In this document: one piece after another, positions 54,722-63,255 of the stretch | Layout of the letters: every line of letters begins with the position of its first letter | How positions within the stretch are numbered: the stretch's first letter is position 1 | From: an uncultured virus (IMG/VR IMGVR_UViG_2563367173_000013) | Taxonomy: Duplodnaviria > Heunggongvirae > Uroviricota > Caudoviricetes | Virus record (IMG/VR): IMGVR_UViG_2563367173_000013 | DNA: 64,000 nucleotides | Direction: 5' to 3' (one strand) | Made by a program: the position numbers and the translations under genes | The notes under the pieces: generated by a model | What the model was told of the DNA's origin: nothing | The model's database searches: none | The model's input: the letters and a program-made list of their open reading frames with translations, nothing else

Positions 54722-55783
54722 CTATATAAAATTCACATGTTCACCCGGATGTTTCAGTTCATCCAAATATTTATTTATCTCATCAAGCCTGCAGGCTTCC
54801 CTACAGGTCTTATTTATTTCCAATCTTTGAAGATCTTTTTCAACTTCTCGTCGTCTCTGCCCTTCCCATATTTCTTCAAATGTCTGCTCATTTATATTCC
54901 CATAACAAAACTCCTCTGTCCCGATATGCGCTACACATGGCCAAACATTGCCCTTTGCATCAATATGTGTCATAAAAGGAAGTCCAAGGCATTGTTTATA
55001 TTTTTTCACACGATGCATTTTCTTCATTGTTTTTGCCCGGAAATGAACAGTAAAGTTTTCTGTTTCGTATTCTTTCAGCTGTTGTTCCAATTCTAACATT
55101 TCATCATAATCTATCTGCAAAACATTTTTACTATGCAAATGCTGAGAATATGGCTTAATCGCCAAATAGTCAACCCCTATTTCACGCAATTCCCGAGCCA
55201 TATCAGAAATCTTTGAAACATTATCCGGCATCAATAAACACTGTACACCTAAAGTAGTTTTCAGCTTCCTACCATTTTTTATTCTGACAGCCTCTGCAAG
55301 ATTATCTTTTACTTTCTTTAAATCTCCTGGCTTTCCACGCTGAATTTTATTATACGAATTCTCTTCCATACTTGCTACACTATAACGTACCCAAGTAAAA
55401 GCAGCCAGGCAATCTAACAATTTTTCTCTTGAAAACAAAACCCCATTTGTACTCATTGCCACATCTACGCCACATGACTTTATTCCATTCACAATGTCAG
55501 GCATTTCTTTATTTAAAAGAGGCTCACCTTCCCCAGAACAAATAACACTTTTTAATCCTTTTTTACTCATCTGTGATATGTCACGTAAAATAATGTCTTT
55601 CTTCAAAAAAACAGATTGATACCCAATATAATCCACTGCACAAAATATACATCTATGATTACAGGATCCGCTTGGAGATATTTCTATTTCAATCGGATAA
55701 ATATTCTCACCCTTTAGCCACCGTGATACAATTTCCGGGTGATATATTAACTTATGTGAATCCATTCTGATATCTTCTGCCAT
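54722..55783 (-). CDS. Radical SAM/SPASM protein
   Basis: CNHRCIFC, SGEGEP, GNVWPC, YGNINEQTFEEIW, CREAC. Confidence 0.9.
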   Translation of the reverse strand: MAEDIRMDSHKLIYHPEIVSRWLKGENIYPIEIEISPSGSCNHRCIFCAVDYIGYQSVFLKKDIILRDISQMSKKGLKSVICSGEGEPLLNKEMPDIVNGIKSCGVDVAMSTNGVLFSREKLLDCLAAFTWVRYSVASMEENSYNKIQRGKPGDLKKVKDNLAEAVRIKNGRKLKTTLGVQCLLMPDNVSKISDMARELREIGVDYLAIKPYSQHLHSKNVLQIDYDEMLELEQQLKEYETENFTVHFRAKTMKKMHRVKKYKQCLGLPFMTHIDAKGNVWPCVAHIGTEEFCYGNINEQTFEEIWEGQRRREVEKDLQRLEINKTCREACRLDEINKYLDELKHPGEHVNFI

Positions 55784-55855
55784 ATATATATCCTCTCATT
55801 TACTTTAACATTTTGAAATTTTCATTATAGTCATCAACATCTCTACAAGTACCGA

Positions 55856-56125
55856 TCATCCTTTACACTCGTACTGTACACCCACTGCAACTCCATTGTT
55901 ATGACTGCCACTGATCACACAACATTTTTCTTCTTTTGAAAGCTTATCCTGCACATCAAACAACTCTTCAAACAAATCATTTGAAGTACTTACTCAATAT
56001 AAATAGCCTTCATTATCAATAATCTTATCATAATTATCAATTGTATATAAACATTTACAATTTTTACACTCCTGCTCAATGTCATCGTCAGTTCTCAATA
56101 TTTTTTCATCTATAATCTTCAACAT
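55856..56125 (-). pseudogene. Small hypothetical gene (89 codons) with one in-frame TGA at 55994-55996
   Basis: GGAGG RBS, then MLKIIDEKILRTDDDIEQEC...EGYLY*VSTSNDLF...GVQYECKG*. Absent from the ORF track. Confidence 0.55.
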
Positions 56126-56282
56126 ATATCTAGTCACCTCCGCGTTATACCATTATGCTTATTGTACAACCTCAGTTTTCCGTTTCAGTTGTCCGTCAAA
56201 AGACACATCTTTCTTCGTTCCGTAATCTATGTTTTGCTGATGTAAAACATGAAACTGACAAAGTTCAATCATCTTTCAAATC

Positions 56283-57815
56283 TTATATATTCAAAAGCGT
56301 CCCCGCATATTTCAGCACATTCACTTTCTCCACCGCTTCTCTATTTCCCACAATATTAGCCCCCAACGCACCTGCAATATTCCCCATAAAAGTTCCCAAC
56401 TCTACAGATGCACCAGCCGCTGCATACAACCCGGCAAGAGAATAAAACGCATCCCCAGCCCCTATCGTATCCTTCACCGATAACGTAAATGCCGGACAAT
56501 CATATATTTTCTGATCCTCTATTCCATAAGCACCAAATGACCCTCGTGTAAGCCAGCCATTTCCTCCCAAATATTCACTAAGTTTTTTCAATGCATAATT
56601 TTCATTTGCTATATACATTGGAAACGCAAGCTTTAATTCCTTCTGATCCAACGTAAATACATCAGCTCTATGATACTTTGTAATAACATTCAGTCCATAA
56701 TTTGTCGAATTTGTCTGACAGTTCAAAACCAGATATTTCGCTCTCTGCTGTATAATTTCTCCCGCTTTTTCATCTATCAGACCATGACCAAAATCACATA
56801 AAAACACAACGTCAAACTCTTCAATTCTATCCAAAAGTCCTCTATAAAATTCTTCTCTGGCCTCTTCTTCATATTCCATTCGTTCCGGAATATTATTAAT
56901 CGAAAATATTTTTCTGTATTCTTCTCTTTTTTCATTTCTTGTAAGATAACGGTGTTTTACAATTGTAGGAAATTTATTACTATACGTTAACTTCAAACGC
57001 ATCTTATCCGCAAGGCCATCAAAAAGTTTTAATCGCATTTCTTCTTCATTTCCTACAATCGACATTAAAGTCACATTCTCTGTAAAACTGCTAAGATGTC
57101 TTGCTACAGCTGCAGCACCACCAAGATACTCTTCGGAATATTCCAGTTTCGACGAATATCCCATATCCTTGCTCATCAGTCCATGTACAATGCAGTAAGT
57201 ATATTTATCTATAATTATATCTCCTACAACAAGTACCTTGAGCTTTTCGGCTTTTTCTGCATATTTTTTAATGTCTTCCATGGAATATTTTTTTACAAAT
57301 TGCTCCATATATTGTATAACATCTTCCGGAAGTCCGGATAATGCTGTGTTGATCAATTTCGTCGAGCTGAATACCTGTCCTGATGTATATGCTACCTTTC
57401 CCCCATGTAACTCAACTAACTCTCTTTCAGCAGTAATCTTCCCTGTAATATCTTCACTCTCTTTTGCGTATTCTTCCCCTTTAATATAAAGATCCGGCTC
57501 TACGTTTTCTACAATATCATCTACCGTATAACCTTCTGAAAGCATTACATAATCTACATACTCTAATGCTTCCAATACTTTCAGGCGCATCTCGTCATTA
57601 AAATATGGTCTCCCAGGGCCTTTCCGCACAAATTCAGCTGCCGTGATGGACACAACCAAAATGTCCGCCATCTGTTTCGCCTGCTGCAGATGTATAATAT
57701 GTCCCGGATGTACCAGATCAAATACACCGTGACAAAGAGCTATCTGCTTGCCTTCTTTTTTTAATTTTGGCCTTATTTGTGTTTTGAACACAAGCTTGTC
57801 CACTATTTTTCCCAT
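56283..57815 (-). CDS. Bifunctional nucleotidyltransferase + PfkB kinase (HldE-like, transferase domain first)
   Basis: HGVFDLVHPGH, KGPGRP, FSST; VGDIIID, DFGHG, DTIGAGDAF. Confidence 0.88.
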   Translation of the reverse strand: MGKIVDKLVFKTQIRPKLKKEGKQIALCHGVFDLVHPGHIIHLQQAKQMADILVVSITAAEFVRKGPGRPYFNDEMRLKVLEALEYVDYVMLSEGYTVDDIVENVEPDLYIKGEEYAKESEDITGKITAERELVELHGGKVAYTSGQVFSSTKLINTALSGLPEDVIQYMEQFVKKYSMEDIKKYAEKAEKLKVLVVGDIIIDKYTYCIVHGLMSKDMGYSSKLEYSEEYLGGAAAVARHLSSFTENVTLMSIVGNEEEMRLKLFDGLADKMRLKLTYSNKFPTIVKHRYLTRNEKREEYRKIFSINNIPERMEYEEEAREEFYRGLLDRIEEFDVVFLCDFGHGLIDEKAGEIIQQRAKYLVLNCQTNSTNYGLNVITKYHRADVFTLDQKELKLAFPMYIANENYALKKLSEYLGGNGWLTRGSFGAYGIEDQKIYDCPAFTLSVKDTIGAGDAFYSLAGLYAAAGASVELGTFMGNIAGALGANIVGNREAVEKVNVLKYAGTLLNI

Positions 57816-57830
57816 TTGCAGTCTATCCTT

Positions 57831-58823
57831 TTATTTTCCAAGATATTTAAACCAATCTTCTGTCGCTTCTCCTATGCTGTCTGGTGTCCATACAGGCGCT
57901 TCACGCCAATAATCAATATTGTCCAGCACCTTCTTTACGCCTTCCTCGAATGTAACTTTTGCTTTCCATCCCAATATTTGCTCAATCTTGGCAGTGTCCG
58001 CAAAGGTGCAATCCGGTTCTCCCGGCCGCTTTGGAATATGTACAATTTCTCCCTCTAACAACTCACACAAACGATTGACGGAATAAGTTCCTCCACTGCC
58101 TACATTGAAAGTTTCCTGTACTACATCCGACATTGCTGCCGTATAAAATGCATCTGCAATATCAGTCACATATGTGAAATCTCTGGTCTGATTCCCATCT
58201 CCCACAACAGTAAATGGATTTTCTGCCAACTTTTGTGCCAAAAATACGCCAAACACCGCACCGTATGTTCCTGATGTCCTTGATCTCGTGCCATATACAT
58301 TAAACAATCTAAGTGTAATCACCGGCAGGTGATACACCTGTCCCCAATGCAAGACTGTTTCTTCTCCCAGTCTTTTCGTAAGTGCATAAGGATATTGTGG
58401 TCTGATTTCTGCTGTTTCTTTTGTCGGATATTCATCAGGAATCCCATAACAGGAAGAGGATGCTGCATAAACGAGTTTTTTGATTCCCTTGTTTTTAGCA
58501 CATTCAACTACATTGAAAGTACCTAGCACATTTGATGAATAATAATCCCATGGTCTCTGAATAGAAGGAACAATATCTGCCAATGCTGCAAAATGAAATA
58601 CATAATCCACATCATTGAAAATCGGTTCTATTTCCTCTTTATTTCGAATATCCATATGATATACCGATAACATCTTATTATTTTTCTGATGATCCAGATT
58701 TTCAGGCCGTCCTGTCGTCCAGTTATCAATTACCCTGACCTCGTGTCCTTCTGCCAGTAATCTATCCACCATATGTGAACCAATAAAACCGCATCCACCT
58801 GTTACTAATGATATCATAAGCAT
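57831..58823 (-). CDS. NAD-dependent nucleotide-sugar epimerase/dehydratase
   Basis: VTGGCGFIGSH, ASSSCYG, YALTK, RLFNVYG, TRDFTYV. Confidence 0.92.
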   Translation of the reverse strand: MLMISLVTGGCGFIGSHMVDRLLAEGHEVRVIDNWTTGRPENLDHQKNNKMLSVYHMDIRNKEEIEPIFNDVDYVFHFAALADIVPSIQRPWDYYSSNVLGTFNVVECAKNKGIKKLVYAASSSCYGIPDEYPTKETAEIRPQYPYALTKRLGEETVLHWGQVYHLPVITLRLFNVYGTRSRTSGTYGAVFGVFLAQKLAENPFTVVGDGNQTRDFTYVTDIADAFYTAAMSDVVQETFNVGSGGTYSVNRLCELLEGEIVHIPKRPGEPDCTFADTAKIEQILGWKAKVTFEEGVKKVLDNIDYWREAPVWTPDSIGEATEDWFKYLGK

Positions 58824-58829
58824 CCTCCA

Positions 58830-59363
58830 TCACAATATTTTTATAACATCCGTTAAATCTTCAAAGATGAAATCCGGCTTTACATTCTTCTCCAGCCGCG
58901 CTGTTCCATAGCCGGATTCCAGCAAAATCGTCCGTATACCTATATTTTGCCCGGCAATGATATCTCCTGCCCTGTCTCCCACCATGTAAGAATGTTCCAT
59001 ATCTATCACAAAATCCCTACAGGCCATATCAAACATTCCCTTTTGAGGCTTACGACAATTGCAGCCTGCATCCGGATGATGTGGGCAGTAGTACACAGCA
59101 TCTACCCCGGTTTGCAATATCAGGTACCGATTCATTTCCTGTAATACTTTTTCTGTAAGTAATCCCCTTGCAATACCACTTTGGTTTGTAATAACAATGG
59201 CATAATATCCCTTATTATGTATTCTTTTTATACAATCTGCTGCATATGGGAAGATTTTAAAATCTTCCATTACAGTAATATAACTCTTTTCTTCGGTTAA
59301 AACTCCATCACGATCCAAAAATACGGCAGGTTTTAAAAAAACAGACGATTCTTCCATACACAT
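58830..59363 (-). CDS. gmhB: D-glycero-D-manno-heptose bisphosphate phosphatase (HAD IIIA)
   Basis: FLDRDGVL, TNQSGIARG, CPHHP..CNCRKP, MVGD..DI.AG. Confidence 0.88.
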   Translation of the reverse strand: MCMEESSVFLKPAVFLDRDGVLTEEKSYITVMEDFKIFPYAADCIKRIHNKGYYAIVITNQSGIARGLLTEKVLQEMNRYLILQTGVDAVYYCPHHPDAGCNCRKPQKGMFDMACRDFVIDMEHSYMVGDRAGDIIAGQNIGIRTILLESGYGTARLEKNVKPDFIFEDLTDVIKIL

Positions 59364-59364
59364 A

Positions 59365-59943
59365 TCAGAATTTTACTCCATCTCTCTCCATAATCATGTC
59401 TACAATCTGCTGAAGTATTAAGTTATGAATGGATTCAACAATTCCATATTTTTTACAGGGAACATATACATTTATATTACCCAATTGTTTTAACTGATTA
59501 TCTTCTTCAAAACCGGTAAATGTAATTATTTCTGCTTTCTTTAATTTTGCTGTTTCTACTGCATTGATAATATTTTTTGAATTACCTGAACTGCTAATGG
59601 CTACTATTAAATCATCTTCTCTAATTAAAAATTGTAACGGTCTTGAAAAGATATATTCATAACCATAGTCATTACCCATACAGGTTGTTACTGCCTGATC
59701 ATATAGACTATATGTATTCATTCCGCCATTTTTCATAAAATCAGCTGTCATATGACTGGCTATCGCAGAACTTCCTCCGTTTCCAATAAAAAACAACTGC
59801 GATTGATTTTTTTTATGCTTTGTAAACGCATCCAGTAACATCTGAACTGCTTCATTATAATTATCACATAGTTTCCCAGTTCCATTCCAAAATTCAGTTG
59901 CTTCCAATTTTCCAATTAATTCATTAATATAGCAATTATCCAT
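59365..59943 (-). CDS. gmhA: Phosphoheptose isomerase (SIS domain)
   Basis: IGNGGS.AIASH, ND.GYE.IF, ISSSGNSKN, VESIH. Confidence 0.85.
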   Translation of the reverse strand: MDNCYINELIGKLEATEFWNGTGKLCDNYNEAVQMLLDAFTKHKKNQSQLFFIGNGGSSAIASHMTADFMKNGGMNTYSLYDQAVTTCMGNDYGYEYIFSRPLQFLIREDDLIVAISSSGNSKNIINAVETAKLKKAEIITFTGFEEDNQLKQLGNINVYVPCKKYGIVESIHNLILQQIVDMIMERDGVKF

Positions 59944-60031
59944 CTATCATTCTCTCTGTCTTCTTAAATATAAAGCAAGATTATTTAATTAATACATTGA
60001 TCTTTCAAAAATAGCAATATTTACCACATAT

Positions 60032-60064
60032 AAAAAAGTCCATGAATATACTTCATGAACTTTT
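60032..60064 (-). terminator. Intrinsic terminator
   Basis: Minus strand AAAAGTTCATGAA-GTATA-TTCATGGACTTTTTT (stem with one G-U pair, then U6). Confidence 0.75.
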
Positions 60065-60141
60065 ATGCCTATTATAACTTCAATTCCTTATATATGCATC
60101 CTGCATATCAGCATTCATCCATGAATATCAGAATTTTTATA
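60032..60141 (-). ncRNA. Candidate sigma28-dependent CsrA-binding small RNA or attenuated leader
   Basis: Lies between the promoter and the terminator. Hairpins ATTCA-TGGA-TGAAT and ATATGC-AGGAT-GCATAT, a further AAGGA, and no ORF. Confidence 0.45.
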
Positions 60142-60148
60142 TTATAAC

Positions 60149-60176
60149 ATATCGGCAATAACCCTGTAAATCTTTA
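60149..60176 (-). promoter_or_regulatory. Sigma28 (SigD/FliA)-type promoter, overlapping a sigmaA-like promoter at 60141-60170
   Basis: Minus strand TAAA-N16-GCCGATAT; also TTTACA-N18-TATAAT with an extended -10 TG. Confidence 0.7.
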
Positions 60177-60219
60177 GATAACAATTTCTGTTTCCTTTAT
60201 TTTACATGAAACTACTGAT

Positions 60220-61980
60220 TTATATCTTTCTGTCAAAATTTTCTTTTCCAATCAATACCCTATTCCCACAAAAAGCAAACCCATACTTTCGTATACGCCC
60301 TCTCTCAATTCCTTTCCGAATCAAAATCTCCTCATACCGCTTCTTCTCTATCTGCATTAACGCAGCGTTCACCGTATCCTCCAGCGCTTTTTCCCCATGC
60401 TCTTGATCCTGCACCTTAAATTCCAAAATAAACGCATTATCATTTTGTTTCTTTGGCTCAAACATTACGTCATACCTTCCAAATCCACTTTCTCTGTTAG
60501 AAGTTATCACATATCTGTCATTCAGCTCAATCATCAGTCCCAGAACAAAACCATGATAAAAACATTCCGGCTCACTAACCGACGGCTTCTTTCCCGTATC
60601 AAAACAACTGAATGTTCCAAGCGCTACTTTATTCATATATATGTTCATTGCGCTTACATCGTTTTTAAGAAATGCCTTAATAAAATCATTATAATCTGAT
60701 ATTTGTCCGACAAACCACCCATGTATCATTCTGCCAAACATCAATTTTACTTCCAGATTGGTAATCGCCAGTTCATATTTAAGTACATGTGTAGTAAATC
60801 CGACAGGATTTTGTTCTTCCACATTCAAAACTTTCAGATATCCACTTGCCAGCAAAAGTCCCCAGATCGCAGACTCGTCGTCGTTAAGCATGTTATACGC
60901 AACCTGTTCATCAATAAATGTTTCAAAATGTCCACCTGAAAGAAGCTGTTCAAATGACTGCTTAAGATCTCGCGACCCCTTTTGAATTAATTTTCCAATG
61001 AAATCATTGGAACTTGTATTTGCCCAATAAGTACGCAATTTTCCTGTATCCAGATAATTGATGACAGACCATGGATTATAAATATCCGTTTTATTTCCAA
61101 ATGTATAACCGTCATACCATAGTTTTACTTTTGATTGTTCATCAGACATTCCAAATTGCTTCAATGCAGCAAAAACTTCTTCTTCTGTAAATCCAAAACT
61201 ATCAGCATATTCATCAGACGTCGTTGTAATCACTTTCAGATTGTTGAGATCCGAAAAAACAGATTCTTTACTTACTCGCGTTATCCCGGTCATAACCGAC
61301 CGATCCATATACGGATTTGTCTTAAATGTGGAATGAAACAAACTTCTGATAAATTTCGACAATTGATCCCAATATCCATGAACATATGCTTCCTGCATTG
61401 GAGTATCATATTCATCCAGTAAAATAATTACTTTCTTTTTGTAGTAACGAGAAAGAAAGTCTGACATCTTGTGAATTGCCCATACTGCTGTTGTTTCTTT
61501 CATCTCACTGTTTACACTGCGAAAGTACATCTTTTCATTTTCCGTTAACAGATCCCCTTCAAGCAAAAAAATATTTTTATTATATAAATCCTCTATAATC
61601 CAATTCACAGACTGCCTGATCTTTTCATAATCTGTTTCCTTCACATTTGCAAACGACAGACTTATTACCGGATAAGATCCCTGTAGTGTACGATAATTTT
61701 CATCTTTCCATATGGAAAATTTTTGAAACAGTTCGCTTCGCCCGGCATACTTTAATGAAAAAAATTTTTCCAGCATACTCATATTCAAAGTTTTTCCAAA
61801 TCTTCGTGGACGGGTAATTAATGTAACAATATCTTTACTCTCCCACCATTCTTTAATAAACATTGTCTTATCAATATAAAAATTGTCATCCAAAACCAAC
61901 TGCTCAAAATCCTGATGACCAATCCCTACCACTTTTTTTACCGTACACTCACCCACAAAGCCACCTCCAGCTTCTCTCAA
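60220..61980 (-). CDS. AAA-ATPase-like + PD-(D/E)XK nuclease domain protein
   Basis: YIDKT, RPRRFGKT, LLDEYD, YNPWS, SNRESGFGRYD, LEFK, ALMQI. Confidence 0.9.
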   Translation of the reverse strand: MREAGGGFVGECTVKKVVGIGHQDFEQLVLDDNFYIDKTMFIKEWWESKDIVTLITRPRRFGKTLNMSMLEKFFSLKYAGRSELFQKFSIWKDENYRTLQGSYPVISLSFANVKETDYEKIRQSVNWIIEDLYNKNIFLLEGDLLTENEKMYFRSVNSEMKETTAVWAIHKMSDFLSRYYKKKVIILLDEYDTPMQEAYVHGYWDQLSKFIRSLFHSTFKTNPYMDRSVMTGITRVSKESVFSDLNNLKVITTTSDEYADSFGFTEEEVFAALKQFGMSDEQSKVKLWYDGYTFGNKTDIYNPWSVINYLDTGKLRTYWANTSSNDFIGKLIQKGSRDLKQSFEQLLSGGHFETFIDEQVAYNMLNDDESAIWGLLLASGYLKVLNVEEQNPVGFTTHVLKYELAITNLEVKLMFGRMIHGWFVGQISDYNDFIKAFLKNDVSAMNIYMNKVALGTFSCFDTGKKPSVSEPECFYHGFVLGLMIELNDRYVITSNRESGFGRYDVMFEPKKQNDNAFILEFKVQDQEHGEKALEDTVNAALMQIEKKRYEEILIRKGIERGRIRKYGFAFCGNRVLIGKENFDRKI

Positions 61981-62113
61981 TCCGAAGTATTATCAGCCGT
62001 CTTTTTCTGCCCTCACATCATCCGAAATAGCTTCATACCGATCAATAGTAATTCTCTCAGAACATGGCTGTAATGCCGGCATCAAAACACTCCCTTTCTC
62101 AAATTTCCTTTCG

Positions 62114-62284
62114 TTATTCACTTTCTGATCGTGAAGCCATTTTTATAAGACCTCGCATATATGCCTGAACAAGTTTTTGATTCTCCTCAGTTAAAAGATG
62201 ATATTCAGCTATCAGCTGTTGATCGGAAACTGTCAATTGTTTCACTTCCACGTTTTTTTCATTACCGCATTCATATTCTCTCAT
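62114..62284 (-). CDS. 56-aa hypothetical protein
   Basis: GAAGGAG RBS; MREYECGNEK...QQLIAEYHLLTEENQKLVQAYMRGL; shorter than any ORF in the track. Confidence 0.45.
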   Translation of the reverse strand: MREYECGNEKNVEVKQLTVSDQQLIAEYHLLTEENQKLVQAYMRGLIKMASRSESE

Positions 62285-62508
62285 TGTGTAATTTTCTCCT
62301 TCTCATTTGTATTATATTTTATATATTAATATATATTATAATTTTCCAAAAGATGTTAATATGTATTATATATTAATATTTATATGTAATGCAATCTGAC
62401 TTCCGAATCCGAATCTTATCATACGGATGTATTTTTGAAATTTTAATTGCAGCTATTTGTTACGATATGATAATATAATTCATATGAATCATCACGGAGG
62501 AAAAACAT

Positions 62509-63255
62509 ATGAATTCCAAAGATCATACAAGAACATATACCGTTATTCTTTCCGGCGGCATCGGCTCTCGATTAAAAGGAATAGATATTCCTAAACAGTA
62601 TTATAAAATCTGCGGAAGAACGATTCTGAGCTACTGTCTGGAACAAATAGAACAAACGGAATGTATCAATGGCTACATCGTCATTGCTGTGGCAGAATGG
62701 CAGGACTTTATCTTACAGGAAATAAAACAACTGCCGGCTACCGCATCCACAGGCTCAGCTGCATCTAAATTTCTGGGATTTGCTTTACCGGGTAAAAATC
62801 GACAGCAGTCTATCCTGCATGGACTGCAAAGTCTGAAAACAACTGCAAAAGATAACGATATTGTGTTAATTCAGGACGCTGTCAGACCGCTTACCTCCAA
62901 AACCCTGATTGTAAACTGCATACAGGCTGCCGCAGGTGCGGACGGTGCAATGCCGATACTCCCAATGACAGATACCGTCTATTATAGTAAAGACGGAAAA
63001 CAAGTAGATGCATTGTTAGATCGGGATAAAATTATTGCAGGACAGGCTCCGGAAGCATTTGTCTTTGGAGCATATCTGCGAGCAAATGAATCTTTATCAG
63101 AGGCTGAAATGCTGGCTGTCAGAGGCAGCACGGAACCGGCTATAAAGGCCGGCATGCGCATTGCATTATTGGATGGAGACGAACGGAATTTAAAAATTAC
63201 AACCGAAAAAGATTTAAAACAATTTGAAAAACTATTGGAGGACCGCAGGATATGA
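62509..63255 (+). CDS. IspD/TarI-family cytidylyltransferase
   Basis: LSGGIGSRL, PKQY, QDAVRPL, GQAPE, NLKITT..DL. Confidence 0.9.
   Translation: MNSKDHTRTYTVILSGGIGSRLKGIDIPKQYYKICGRTILSYCLEQIEQTECINGYIVIAVAEWQDFILQEIKQLPATASTGSAASKFLGFALPGKNRQQSILHGLQSLKTTAKDNDIVLIQDAVRPLTSKTLIVNCIQAAAGADGAMPILPMTDTVYYSKDGKQVDALLDRDKIIAGQAPEAFVFGAYLRANESLSEAEMLAVRGSTEPAIKAGMRIALLDGDERNLKITTEKDLKQFEKLLEDRRI

Noticed and set aside
969..61422. Dozens of short plus-strand ORFs in the track
   Set aside because: Antisense shadows of well-supported minus-strand genes, with no motifs. The IS110 fragments are the exception.
60220..61980. AAA + PD-(D/E)XK gene as a novel defence system
   Set aside because: A very common stand-alone family in gut anaerobes; no partner genes here.
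61993..62082. 29-aa ORF (MPALQ...TIDRYEAISDDVRAE) resembling a Uma2 endonuclease N-terminus
   Set aside because: Too short to call; at most a remnant.
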